Shown: piece by piece, positions 46,454 through 56,212 of the stretch
Position numbering within the stretch: position 1 is the stretch's first letter
Layout of the letters: every line of letters begins with the position of its first letter
Position numbers and translations under genes: made by a program
The notes under the pieces: model-generated
Databases searched by the model: none
What the model saw: the letters and a program-made list of their open reading frames with translations, nothing else
What the model was told of the DNA's origin: nothing
NCBI GenBank assembly: GCA_051880375.1
Contig: JBJENV010000060.1
Location: 9,228 to 73,227 of the forward strand
Source: Lachnospiraceae bacterium
GTDB lineage: Bacteria > Bacillota > Clostridia > Lachnospirales > Lachnospiraceae
Reading direction: 5' to 3'
Length of the DNA: 64,000 bases

Positions 46454-47494
46454 ATGAGAGATTTAACTGTATTAGTATCAGCTTGTGGTGCTCAGTTTAT
46501 GCCGGGACTTGCTGATTGTTTAAAACAAAATGGTGAGAGAAATATAAGGATAATCGGTGTAGATATGGGGGCAGATAAGACTATTTTACAAATGGTTGAT
46601 GCTTTTTACCAAGTACCAAGAGCAACAGATTCTACATATGTAGATAGACTTTTGGAAATCTGTAAACGTGAAAAAGTTGATGTTGTAATGCCTTTTATGT
46701 CTGCAGAGTTAATACCACTTATTGACAGAAAGGCAGAGTTTGAAGATATAGACACAAAGGTATCCGTTTCTGATAGAAGAAGCGTTGAGATAACAAATAA
46801 TAAATATAGATTTTATGAATTCCTAAAAGAAAACAATTTGCCTGTACCAAAGTTTTGTGTAATTAAGAAAGCTGATGACTTAGTAAAAGCCTGTGAGGTT
46901 TGCGGATATCCTGATCATGCTGTGTGTATTAAGGCTACTGAATTAAGTGGTAGCCGTGGTATCAGGATCGTTAAGCCAGGAGTATCGCGTTATGATTTAC
47001 TTTTCGGGGAAAAACCAAATTCTTTCTATACAACAATGGAGGAATTGCAGGAAACATTAAAAGAGAAAAAAACAATACCAGAAATGATGGCAATGGAATA
47101 TCTTCCCGGGATGGAAGGTTCGGTAGATTTACTGGCGGAAAATGGGAAAATTCTCTATATGGCATATAGAGAAAGTACGGTAAATCTGCACAGTATTCCT
47201 CAGGCGGGAGAATTGAAAGATAATTCTGAGGCGTATGAAATCGCAGAAAAAGTTATAGCAGCTTTGAAATTGACTGGAAATGCTGATTTAGATTTTAAAA
47301 ATGATGCGGATGGACATCCGGTTTTGTTGGAGATTAATCCTAGAATTGCTGCAACAATGAAAATATTTAAAGAAGGCGGATTAAATCTTCCATATCTAAG
47401 AATTAAACACTTGTTGGGAGAAAAACTTCCGGAAGTCAAGATTAATTATGGAATCAAGATGAAGAGAAGATATCTTGAAATGTTTTCAATTTAG
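46454..47494 (+). CDS. ATP-grasp domain ligase (carbamoyl-phosphate-synthase L-chain-like)
   Basis: ATP-grasp pattern (K..FY.FL....LPVP; GSRGIRIV; MEYLPG.E.SVD; LEINPR). Confidence 0.8.
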   Translation: MRDLTVLVSACGAQFMPGLADCLKQNGERNIRIIGVDMGADKTILQMVDAFYQVPRATDSTYVDRLLEICKREKVDVVMPFMSAELIPLIDRKAEFEDIDTKVSVSDRRSVEITNNKYRFYEFLKENNLPVPKFCVIKKADDLVKACEVCGYPDHAVCIKATELSGSRGIRIVKPGVSRYDLLFGEKPNSFYTTMEELQETLKEKKTIPEMMAMEYLPGMEGSVDLLAENGKILYMAYRESTVNLHSIPQAGELKDNSEAYEIAEKVIAALKLTGNADLDFKNDADGHPVLLEINPRIAATMKIFKEGGLNLPYLRIKHLLGEKLPEVKINYGIKMKRRYLEMFSI

Positions 47495-47565
47495 TATGCT
47501 ATTTATTGGAGAATTTGTGAGTAATTATGAAATGTTAAATCTATTAAAAATGGAGAGTTTAACGG

Positions 47566-48066
47566 ATGCAGGATAAAAAACTGTTAATAATTGGAGCTGG
47601 TCAGCATGGAAGCGTTGTAAAAGAAATCGCGGAAGAGATAGGATGTTATGGTCAGATTGACTTTTTGGATGATCATAATTGTAAAGCTATAGGAACATTG
47701 GATGACTATAAAAAGTATATAAATAAATATACATCAGCATTTGTGGCACTAGGTGATTATAGTTTGCGGAAGAAATGGTTGAATATATTTGCAAATGAAC
47801 AAATTGAAATTGTGTCAATAATATCACCAAAATCATATATCAGTAAATCAGCTACTATTGAAAAAGGCACAGTTATAGAGCCGGGCTGCATTGTAAATAC
47901 AGAATCATATGTTGGGTATGGTTGTATTTTAGGGATAGGCTGTTTGGTTGATCATAACTGTACGATAGAAGATGGCGTATATCTAAAATCTGGTGTGGTC
48001 ATAGAACCATCTACAACAATAAAAAGTGGTAGTGTTATAAGTTTATGTGAGGGTATATCAAAATGA
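47566..48066 (+). CDS. NeuD/PglD-family hexapeptide-repeat sugar N-acetyltransferase (short form)
   Basis: The LLIIGAGQHG N-terminal Rossmann-like motif and a left-handed beta-helix repeat region (IEPGCIVNT...GIGCLVDHNCTIEDG). Confidence 0.75.
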   Translation: MQDKKLLIIGAGQHGSVVKEIAEEIGCYGQIDFLDDHNCKAIGTLDDYKKYINKYTSAFVALGDYSLRKKWLNIFANEQIEIVSIISPKSYISKSATIEKGTVIEPGCIVNTESYVGYGCILGIGCLVDHNCTIEDGVYLKSGVVIEPSTTIKSGSVISLCEGISK

Positions 48067-49145
48067 AAAATATAATGATTATTAGATCAAATGTTAATTG
48101 TGGTGGTCCGGGTTCATTGATTTTATCTACAATTCGGGAGTTGCTCAAGCGAAATTATCATGTTGTTTTAGTTTGCGGAGGTGGAGATAAAGTAGACGAA
48201 ATTAGAGAACTAGGAATTACTTGTTATATTGAAAAGTGTTTGAAGGTTGATAGTAGAAAAATTATCGCATCTTTTTCACTCATAAGGCGACTAAAACAGA
48301 TACTTATTAAAGAAAATATTGAATATGTTTATGGATTTAATTCAGCTGCAACATTAATGGCATACATTGCAGGTAAATGTACAGGGAAAAAAATCAATTA
48401 TTTAAATGTACTTTTAGGAAACGGTAAGTATTGGTTTCATAAGATGATGCCATTTAAGCACATATGTATGTCTGAAGAACACAAGAAAGAACTTGTTGAA
48501 AATGGAATACGCCCGAACAACATTATAGTTAATTATCCATCCACACTTGATGAGGAAGTCTTTAAGGAAAATGTCACAGGAAAGTTTAGAGATTCTCTCA
48601 ATTTGTCAGAAGAAGATATTTTAATTGGAACTGTAATGAACGGTTTCAAAGGAAATAAAAAAATGATGGATATCGTAAAAAATACTATTGAGAATCATAG
48701 CAATGTGCAGTTTGTTTTTGTTGGAAATACAGATAGATACCTTATATATAAGAATGAACTATCAGGATTTTCGTTTCAGAACAAAGTTCATTTTTTAGGA
48801 GTGCGAAATGATATACCAGATATTATGGATGGAATAGATATTCTTTTGCACATTTTAGACGATGATGAGGGAATCGAAACATTTGGAATGGTGCTTACAG
48901 AGGCTATGATTATGAAATCAGCAGTAATAGCTTCTGATAATGGAGGAATGAAAGAAATTGTGAAGAATAATGTTACAGGATATTTGGTTCATAATAATGA
49001 AGAATTAAAGGACAGTATTGAAAAACTTGTATCTGATAAGAATTTAAGAGAAGAAATGGGAAAAGCAGGTCAACAAAGAGCTCGAGAATTATTTACAATA
49101 CAAAGGCATGTAGATATTCTGGAGAAACTGCTTAGTCACAATTAA
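48063..49145 (+). CDS. GT4-family (GT-B) glycosyltransferase
   Basis: E-x7-E region ETFGMVLTEAMIMKSAVIASDNGGMKEIV. Start overlaps the upstream stop. Confidence 0.85.
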   Translation: MKNIMIIRSNVNCGGPGSLILSTIRELLKRNYHVVLVCGGGDKVDEIRELGITCYIEKCLKVDSRKIIASFSLIRRLKQILIKENIEYVYGFNSAATLMAYIAGKCTGKKINYLNVLLGNGKYWFHKMMPFKHICMSEEHKKELVENGIRPNNIIVNYPSTLDEEVFKENVTGKFRDSLNLSEEDILIGTVMNGFKGNKKMMDIVKNTIENHSNVQFVFVGNTDRYLIYKNELSGFSFQNKVHFLGVRNDIPDIMDGIDILLHILDDDEGIETFGMVLTEAMIMKSAVIASDNGGMKEIVKNNVTGYLVHNNEELKDSIEKLVSDKNLREEMGKAGQQRARELFTIQRHVDILEKLLSHN

Positions 49146-49162
49146 TTAAAGTATAGGATAAT

Positions 49163-50674
49163 ATGCAGAAAAAGAACTTTTTAAGAACAGCAAGTATCAT
49201 AACTACAATTACACTAATATCGAAGTTGTTTGGTTTTATAAGAGAATTAGTCATAGCCTATTTTTTTGGAACATCAACTACTGTAGATATATATGTTATG
49301 GCAATTAATATACCAACTATTCTACTTGGATTTTTAACTTGTGTTGGTATGGCCTATACCCCTGTTTTCACAGAGATTAAATTAAAAAAAAGTATACATA
49401 AAGCAATAGGATTTACAAATGTTTTGATTTTAATCGTATTTGGAATAAGTATGCTTTTTGTATTATTTGGAAGTATATTTTCCATGCCGTTAGTCAATAT
49501 TCTTGCCCCGGGATTTTCGGTAGAAATGAAAGGATTGACTGCAGTATATCTAAAGATTTCTTTGTGGAATATACCAGTAACAGCAATACTAAATATATGG
49601 ATATGCTATTTGCAATGTAATGAAAAATATGAAATCGCTTCATTATGTATGTTGACACATAGTAGTGTACAGATAGCATTTACTATATTGGCAGGAATGC
49701 TAAATGCATCATTTTTAGTATGGGGCTATCTGTGGGCGAATGTAGTTTATATGATAGTGGTTTTTATAGCATCAAGTAGGAATAAATATATAGTAAAAGA
49801 TATTTTTTTTGACAAACAATATCTTTTGGGTTTGAGTAAGTTATTATTGCCAATATTTTTAAGCAGTATGTTAACTCAAATCAATGGATATGTTGATAAG
49901 TTTTTTGCTTCAACATTACCTGAAGGCTCTATAGCATCCTTGAATTATGCAAATACAATAAGAACATTTATTATTATGATGCTGAATACAGGGTTGACTA
50001 CTATTCTATATCCAACATTATCAAAATATATGGTTGAAGAAAATATTGATAAAGCGAAGCACGTAATATGGAAGTCGGTGAGGTATTCAGTATTTGTGTT
50101 TATACCGGTAACAATTGGGGTTTTTGTTGTTTCTAATAATATTATTTCGGTTCTATTTGGTAGGGGGAACTTTGGAGATGACTCAATAACGAATACTTCA
50201 TTAGCATTGTCAATGTATGTAATAGGAATTACGGCAGTCGGCATTCGTGACATTATGAGTAACTTTTATTATTCTGTTAAGGATTCAAAATTTGCATTTT
50301 GGGTTAGTTCTTTAACTATTGGCATAAATATAGTTTTTAATTTCTTGTTAGTAAAACATATGGGAATGGCAGGATTAGCATTAGGAACAAGTCTGTCAGC
50401 TATATTAGCAATGCCTTTTTATTTTACAAAACTGAAAAAATATATTGGAACTAGAGATAAAAATGATATGAACTTGATATATGTAATAAAAATAATTGTA
50501 GCAAGTAGTATTATGGGGCTGGTAGTTTTTGGTTTAGGGCTATTGCCTATATCTCGAATTCCATTACTCATAATTCAAGTTTTTTCTGGAATATTGATTT
50601 ATTTTTTAATATGTCTATTCATGAAAATAGATGAAATAAATATTATTTTTAATTATTTAATAAGGCGGAAGTAA
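49163..50674 (+). CDS. MurJ/MviN-like MOP-family flippase
   Basis: N-terminus SKLFGFIRELVIAYFFGTSTTVDIY matches the MurJ signature. About 14 TM helices. Confidence 0.8.
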   Translation: MQKKNFLRTASIITTITLISKLFGFIRELVIAYFFGTSTTVDIYVMAINIPTILLGFLTCVGMAYTPVFTEIKLKKSIHKAIGFTNVLILIVFGISMLFVLFGSIFSMPLVNILAPGFSVEMKGLTAVYLKISLWNIPVTAILNIWICYLQCNEKYEIASLCMLTHSSVQIAFTILAGMLNASFLVWGYLWANVVYMIVVFIASSRNKYIVKDIFFDKQYLLGLSKLLLPIFLSSMLTQINGYVDKFFASTLPEGSIASLNYANTIRTFIIMMLNTGLTTILYPTLSKYMVEENIDKAKHVIWKSVRYSVFVFIPVTIGVFVVSNNIISVLFGRGNFGDDSITNTSLALSMYVIGITAVGIRDIMSNFYYSVKDSKFAFWVSSLTIGINIVFNFLLVKHMGMAGLALGTSLSAILAMPFYFTKLKKYIGTRDKNDMNLIYVIKIIVASSIMGLVVFGLGLLPISRIPLLIIQVFSGILIYFLICLFMKIDEINIIFNYLIRRK

Positions 50675-50677
50675 GAA

Positions 50678-52000
50678 TTGGGAAAAGAAATTAAGCAAAG
50701 TTCGCTTCAAGGAATATTAACAAAAATATTGCTAATTGCGATAGCGTATATCGTAATGATAATAACAAATAACTCATATAGTGGATTTGTATTTATAGCA
50801 ATATATCTTATCGGAAGTATTCTTCTTAGTCCAGAAGAATTGTTTGAGATATACATAATTTGTATGTTTATGAATTATCCTATTGTTAATGCTGTAAGTA
50901 TATGGATAATAATATTGTTATTTTTGGTGAGACCACATAAGAAGATTCATATTTATTTACGGAGCACATTAGGATTTTCAGTCATATTTTTATTGGCGGT
51001 TGTATTAACGACGTTAACAGCTGAGAATATGTTGTTGGCAGTTAATGAAATATATACGTGGATATATGTCATAGGAATAATAGTATGTTGCAATATGTGT
51101 AGCAAGATAGAACGGATTATCACTTCTATAAAAACAGCAGGCATAGTATTGGCAATTATATATGTGGCAGATTTTCTAGGGGCTTCAATAACTGGAGTGA
51201 TTAATGAATGGAATTTCTTCAGAATTCCTGATTACAACTATAGTGCACTTGTTATGTTCTGCTCATTAGCTATTCTTCGTTATATAAGGACGAGAATTAC
51301 TCCGGTATCTATAGTTGAAGAAATTATTCTTCTTGCGGGAGTTGTTGCAACGAACTCACGAGGAGTTCTGGTGTTTGTAATCGTATACTATGTAGTTATG
51401 TTTTTCCAAAGCATAAAAAGAATTAATTTGAGCAAAATGATTATTTTTTCACTTGTTTTGTGCATGGGTGTTTTTATAGTAACACGTTCGGAATTTTTCC
51501 AATATGGAATACAGCAATTATCCACAATTACGAAATCTGATCATTATTCAAATTATATTCGTTGGGAACTATATGGGAAAATAATAAAAGACATGGTTCC
51601 AAAACATTGGCTTTTTGGAGTTGGACCTAATAATTTTAAGACGGAATATATTAAGTATTTTCAGATTTCCTTCAGTGCTAATCATGCGCATAATGTATAT
51701 CTTCAAATATTGACTGAAGAGGGTGTCATTGGATTAGTTGTACTTGTTTTCTATATGATATGTTTGGCAAAAAGTTTGGTAAAAAGTTTATCGATAAAAG
51801 CTAATATTAAGTTTATGAATATGATTTTGTTTATTGTTATGACATATGCAGCTTACGGAATGCTTGAATATGTGTTGGGGGATAGTAGGAGTCTGAGTCT
51901 GCTATTAATGATAATTACACTTTATGAAATTGAATTGCGTAAATTTCGGAACGGAAAGGAATCTGCTCTAGATAATTTGGAGGTAATAAAAAATGCTTGA
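50678..52000 (+). CDS. O-antigen ligase/Wzy_C-domain membrane protein (polymerase, ligase or O-oligosaccharyltransferase); TTG start as tracked
   Basis: About 11 TM helices, with a TNSRGVLV loop and a later AHNVYLQILTEEG motif typical of Wzy_C proteins. Confidence 0.7.
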   Translation: MGKEIKQSSLQGILTKILLIAIAYIVMIITNNSYSGFVFIAIYLIGSILLSPEELFEIYIICMFMNYPIVNAVSIWIIILLFLVRPHKKIHIYLRSTLGFSVIFLLAVVLTTLTAENMLLAVNEIYTWIYVIGIIVCCNMCSKIERIITSIKTAGIVLAIIYVADFLGASITGVINEWNFFRIPDYNYSALVMFCSLAILRYIRTRITPVSIVEEIILLAGVVATNSRGVLVFVIVYYVVMFFQSIKRINLSKMIIFSLVLCMGVFIVTRSEFFQYGIQQLSTITKSDHYSNYIRWELYGKIIKDMVPKHWLFGVGPNNFKTEYIKYFQISFSANHAHNVYLQILTEEGVIGLVVLVFYMICLAKSLVKSLSIKANIKFMNMILFIVMTYAAYGMLEYVLGDSRSLSLLLMIITLYEIELRKFRNGKESALDNLEVIKNA

Positions 52001-52805
52001 TTTAATGTTTATTACAAATGAGCCTAGAATTGCTGAATATGCAGAAAAAGCTGGAGTGGGAAGGATTTTTGTTGATTTAGAATCTTTAGGTAAAAAAGAA
52101 AGGCAGAAAAATAGGGATACATATATATCGAATCATAAACTTGAGGATATAAGTATCATTAAGAATGCTGTAAATAGTGTACCGGTTATGGTAAGGGTAA
52201 ACCCCATAAATCCTAATAGTAGTAATGAAATTGAAGAGTGTATTCGCAGGGGTGCAGATATTTTGATGCTGCCCATGTTTACTACGGTTGAGGAAGTCCG
52301 CATTTTTACCAATATAATCAATGGAAGGGCAAGAGTTTGCTTACTTTTAGAAACACCTCAGGCTTTGGTACGAATTCATGATATCGTTAAAAGTTCAGGT
52401 GTGGATGAAATTCATGTTGGATTAAATGATTTACATTTGGGAATGAAACTTGATTTTATGTTCGAATTACTTAGTGGTGGAATAGTAGACTATATTGCAG
52501 ATACGGTTAAGAATAATAATATAAAGTTCGGATTTGGTGGAATTGCTAAACTTGGCCAAGGAATTGTTCCGGCAGAGTTGATTTTGGGGGAACATTACAG
52601 AATTGGTTCCGAGATGACAATACTGTCAAGAACATTTAGAAAAGATGCAGATACTTTTGATGCTTTAAATAAAGAAATTCAAAAGATTAAATTATTTGAG
52701 AAAAATATAATTGATAGTTGGGATAATGATAGGTTTACTCAGAACAGAAAATGTTTAGAAAACCAGATTAAGGGATATTTAAATGAATTATCGAAAGGCA
52801 GGTAG
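51993..52805 (+). CDS. HpcH/HpaI aldolase / citrate-lyase-beta-like TIM-barrel protein
   Basis: VRVNP...RRGADILMLPMF.TVEEV and LLLETPQAL...GVDEIHVGLNDL resemble HpcH_HpaI family motifs. This rests on recall, not a search. Confidence 0.5.
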   Translation: MLDLMFITNEPRIAEYAEKAGVGRIFVDLESLGKKERQKNRDTYISNHKLEDISIIKNAVNSVPVMVRVNPINPNSSNEIEECIRRGADILMLPMFTTVEEVRIFTNIINGRARVCLLLETPQALVRIHDIVKSSGVDEIHVGLNDLHLGMKLDFMFELLSGGIVDYIADTVKNNNIKFGFGGIAKLGQGIVPAELILGEHYRIGSEMTILSRTFRKDADTFDALNKEIQKIKLFEKNIIDSWDNDRFTQNRKCLENQIKGYLNELSKGR

Positions 52806-52811
52806 TGAGAT

Positions 52812-53399
52812 ATGGAAGGCAAAACAAAAGAGGAATCATTATATTCAAAATATATAAAAAATATACTTGACAAAGCAGTTGCTATAGTATTGCTTTTGTT
52901 GTTTTGGTGGCTATATCTTATCTGTGCTTTTATCATTTTATTAGATTCTGGACGACCAGTAATATATAGGCAGAAAAGGGTTGGGAAAAATGGCGTTCCG
53001 TTTTATATTTACAAATTCAGAACAATGGTTAAGAATGCAGATAAGATTGGACCGACATCTACATTACCAGGAGATAACAGAGTAACTAAGAGTGGGAAAT
53101 TCCTGCGAAAGACTAGTTTAGACGAGATACCGCAGCTATTTAATATAATAAAAGGTGATATGAGCTTTGTAGGTATTCGGCCCAATGTAGTTAAGGATAC
53201 AGACGATTATTCAATGGATAAGTATAAAATGAAACCTGGAATTACTGGTTTTGCGCAAGTTAACGGTAGAAGTTCTTTAACATCGGAGGAAAAACTGTAT
53301 TGGGAAAATTTATATGCATATGAAGTATCATTTGTTACTGATATAAAGATTCTTATAAAAACAGTTTTAATTGTATTTAAAGGAAAGGGAGCATACTAA
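52812..53399 (+). CDS. Small (PglC/WecP-like) initiating polyprenyl-phosphate sugar-phosphate transferase
   Basis: One re-entrant helix, then PVIYRQKRVGKNG.PF..YKFRTM, DEIPQL.N...GDMS.VG.RP. Confidence 0.9.
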   Translation: MEGKTKEESLYSKYIKNILDKAVAIVLLLLFWWLYLICAFIILLDSGRPVIYRQKRVGKNGVPFYIYKFRTMVKNADKIGPTSTLPGDNRVTKSGKFLRKTSLDEIPQLFNIIKGDMSFVGIRPNVVKDTDDYSMDKYKMKPGITGFAQVNGRSSLTSEEKLYWENLYAYEVSFVTDIKILIKTVLIVFKGKGAY

Positions 53400-54313
53400 T
53401 GGAAGCAGTAATTGGGTTGATAGCAGGAAAGAGTGGAGATTCTTTGACTGATGAGCTACACAAAAAAGGGTATCTGGTAGCGCTGATATGTGGTAAAAAA
53501 GATGAGCCAGGGTCAGATACAGCTGATTATGTAGGTTATATTGACATGAAAAATCATAAAGAAATTATAGATTTTTTCTCTAGCTTAGAAGTTAAGAAAG
53601 TAATAATTGGAACAGGGCATAGACTGGCATTTGAACTGGTTATGTATCTCGAAGCAGCCGGATTTATTACAAATATTAATTTGGAAAAGAGTAAGCTGGC
53701 AAAGAATAAATGGCTTTTTAAGGAAGAGATACAAAAAATCGGAATAAAAACTCCGAAAGCAACCATATATAAACATGGAATAATCTCCGATTATTTGGAT
53801 ATTAACTATCCGTCTGTATTAAAGGCTATTAATGACTCTTTTCTGCCAGTTAAAGTAAATAATATACAAGAGCTAAAAAATGTTATTGATGAGTTTAGTG
53901 ACAATCTCAAAGAGACAGATTTACTAGTAGAGCAATATATTGATGGGTACGATTGCACGGTTGCTGTATTAAATGATGGACATAAAGTCGAACATTTGGG
54001 AGTTACATACTATAGTAAAGCTAAAGAATATAGTCTTATGGGTTTTTCGGATGCTAAAGTTAAAGAATTTGACTGCGATATGGAAAGAAAAATATGTAAT
54101 ATAGCATCTAAAATCGTGAGTGATTTAGCCTTTGTAGGATTAGTCAGGGTAGATTTTATAATAGATTCTATTGATGAAACTATTTATGTTTTGGAGTTGA
54201 ATTCTGTAGTGGTTACGGGGTATCATGGTAGCTCGTATCCTTTTTTTAAGAAGCAAGGGATAAATATTGCGAATAAGTATATAGAAACAGCGTTGGCTTT
54301 GATTGGAGAATAA
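53399..54313 (+). CDS. ATP-grasp domain protein (D-Ala-D-Ala-ligase-like), second ATP-grasp in the locus
   Basis: K...K.......GIKTPK, EQYIDG.D, and RVDFI......IYVLELNS motifs. Confidence 0.7.
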   Translation: MEAVIGLIAGKSGDSLTDELHKKGYLVALICGKKDEPGSDTADYVGYIDMKNHKEIIDFFSSLEVKKVIIGTGHRLAFELVMYLEAAGFITNINLEKSKLAKNKWLFKEEIQKIGIKTPKATIYKHGIISDYLDINYPSVLKAINDSFLPVKVNNIQELKNVIDEFSDNLKETDLLVEQYIDGYDCTVAVLNDGHKVEHLGVTYYSKAKEYSLMGFSDAKVKEFDCDMERKICNIASKIVSDLAFVGLVRVDFIIDSIDETIYVLELNSVVVTGYHGSSYPFFKKQGINIANKYIETALALIGE

Positions 54314-54315
54314 GA

Positions 54316-55515
54316 GTGAAAAAAATATTTTTTGTAACGTATGGTGGTGTCCACTGTAATATAGCACGTTTTGTATATAAACAGGCTTCTGAAAACTTTA
54401 ATTGTGAGATTTTAGCTCTTACAGTAGCAGATGTTAATTTGACAGTAAATAACATTCCACACAATACGCTGAAGGATTATATGAGAGTTTTTTCTGTAGC
54501 AAAACAGGAACGTATATTTGCTATTGGAAAAGAGCTTGCAAAAAAGGAATACAATGCAGAGTCTGGCATTAAATATGAGGATTGCGTAGCATATTTAGGA
54601 ATTGGATTTATAGATTTAGAGAATCAAATGGGTTCATATGAGCTTGCCTATGATAAATTTAATCGTGAAGGGCGAAAAGCATTCTGCCCAGTAGAATCCA
54701 TGAAAAAGATTTTGTTATATGTGAAGCCTGATATTGTAGTGCTCACTTCAAATGTCAGATATGAGAGAGCGACTGGAAGGGCAGCAAACGATTTAGGCAT
54801 TCCGGTTCTGCATATACATGATTTGCCAGAAATGAAAATCCTGGGGTATGATGCTGATATCTGTGTGATGAATGAATATGCAAAAAAATATTTAATAGAA
54901 AATGATATTTGCAATATAAAGAAAATTCATGTTACCGGACAACCAGTATTTGAAGATAATATCAAGGTTGATAATCAAAAGGTAGATGAGTTATTAATTA
55001 AGTTAGATAAATCAAAATATTCCTATGTTATCATGTATTTAGAACAACCATTAAATAAAGATATAGATATCATAGAAGACTTTTTGATGGAACAGGCTAG
55101 ACTGCATCCTGAAAACTTATATTTAGTCAAATTGCATCCAAATCAGGACTATAATGAAAACTTATGTGATTTTAATTCAAATTATATAAAAACGAAAAGT
55201 ACGGATTTGAAGGCACTTATTTCCATAGCAGATGTTGCAATTACTATGGATTCTAATAGTGGAATAGAAGCAGCTCTGATGGGAAAGAATCTCATAGTTG
55301 TAGAGATAAATGATAAAATAAGAGTTGATTTTTCTAAATATGGAATTGCAATTAAAGCATCCAGCATAAGGGATTTAGAAGCAAAGATATGCCTGCTACA
55401 GGACAAAACGAGTAATGAATACATAGCAATGGCTCGTGGAAGAGATTTATTTCGTAATAAAGAGAATGCTGCCAATAACATAATTAGAGTTATAGAAGAA
55501 ATATTGATTAGATAA
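54316..55515 (+). CDS. GT-B-fold-like transferase of unresolved family (GTG start)
   Basis: Two Rossmann-like halves. KLHPNQ and DVAITMDSNSGIEAALMGK resemble TagF/capsule-type or epimerase-type GT-B proteins. I cannot assign a family. Confidence 0.4.
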   Translation: MKKIFFVTYGGVHCNIARFVYKQASENFNCEILALTVADVNLTVNNIPHNTLKDYMRVFSVAKQERIFAIGKELAKKEYNAESGIKYEDCVAYLGIGFIDLENQMGSYELAYDKFNREGRKAFCPVESMKKILLYVKPDIVVLTSNVRYERATGRAANDLGIPVLHIHDLPEMKILGYDADICVMNEYAKKYLIENDICNIKKIHVTGQPVFEDNIKVDNQKVDELLIKLDKSKYSYVIMYLEQPLNKDIDIIEDFLMEQARLHPENLYLVKLHPNQDYNENLCDFNSNYIKTKSTDLKALISIADVAITMDSNSGIEAALMGKNLIVVEINDKIRVDFSKYGIAIKASSIRDLEAKICLLQDKTSNEYIAMARGRDLFRNKENAANNIIRVIEEILIR

Positions 55516-55526
55516 GGGATGCTATA

Positions 55527-55928
55527 ATGGAAAAATTAATATTAATCGGAGCAGGCGGTTATGCAAAATCCGTTCTTGACTCAGTAGATATATATAATTA
55601 TGAAATTACAGGTTTCATAGATGAATTTTCAAATAATGCAGAGCACCTAGGATATCCAATTTTAGCACATAGCTTAGATGAGTTAAAAAACAATAAAAAA
55701 TATGTATATTTTATAGCCATTGGAAATAATATAAGACGCAAAATTTGGTTTGATAGACTTCAAGAAAGAAAATTGTGAATTATAAATGTTGTTGATAAAT
55801 CTGCGATTGTATCTCCAAGGGCTATTTTAGGAACGGGATGCTTTATAGGAAAATTAGCTGTTGATAATAGCAAGGCTGTTGTCGAAAATAATTGCGTTAT
55901 TAATACCAGAGCTTTAGTTGAACAGTAA
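55527..55928 (+). pseudogene. NeuD/PglD-family acetyltransferase pseudogene (in-frame TGA at 55776-55778; truncated after ...NTRALVEQ)
   Basis: The N-terminus MEKLILIGAGGYAKSV parallels the intact paralog at 60759. The frame continues after the TGA as IINVVDKSAIVSP.AILGTGCFIGK but stops where paralogs continue (VEHEC...). Confidence 0.7.
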
Positions 55929-56212
55929 GCGATGAATTACCTACCGTTCCAATTCTTCATAATCGTATGAGATAATCTAAACACATGAAGTATATATCTG
56001 GATTTTGATATTGAGTTAAAGCATTTTGCTAAGTAACAGTTTCAGGTACTGATATATATTCAGATAGTTGGTTTTATCATCGCTTACGATAAAGCGGTTT
56101 ATTTATGAGATTCTACTAATCATGAAGATTTAGGATGTCATATTCTCGCAAAAAAGCTTGTTTGAAATTATAACCGAGTGATATAAATAGAAGAAAAAAT
56201 GAGGTAAGAATT

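Noticed and set aside
55925-56087. A perfect 11-bp inverted repeat (GTAAGCGATGA at 55925-55935 and TCATCGCTTAC at 56077-56087) flanking 141 bp next to the truncated acetyltransferase. I considered it as the ends of a MITE or an insertion scar.
   Set aside because: About 64,000 x 300 / 4^11 gives roughly 4-5 such 11-bp inverted pairs within 300 bp by chance in a window this size, and more in AT-rich DNA. There are no target-site duplications and no other copies in the window.
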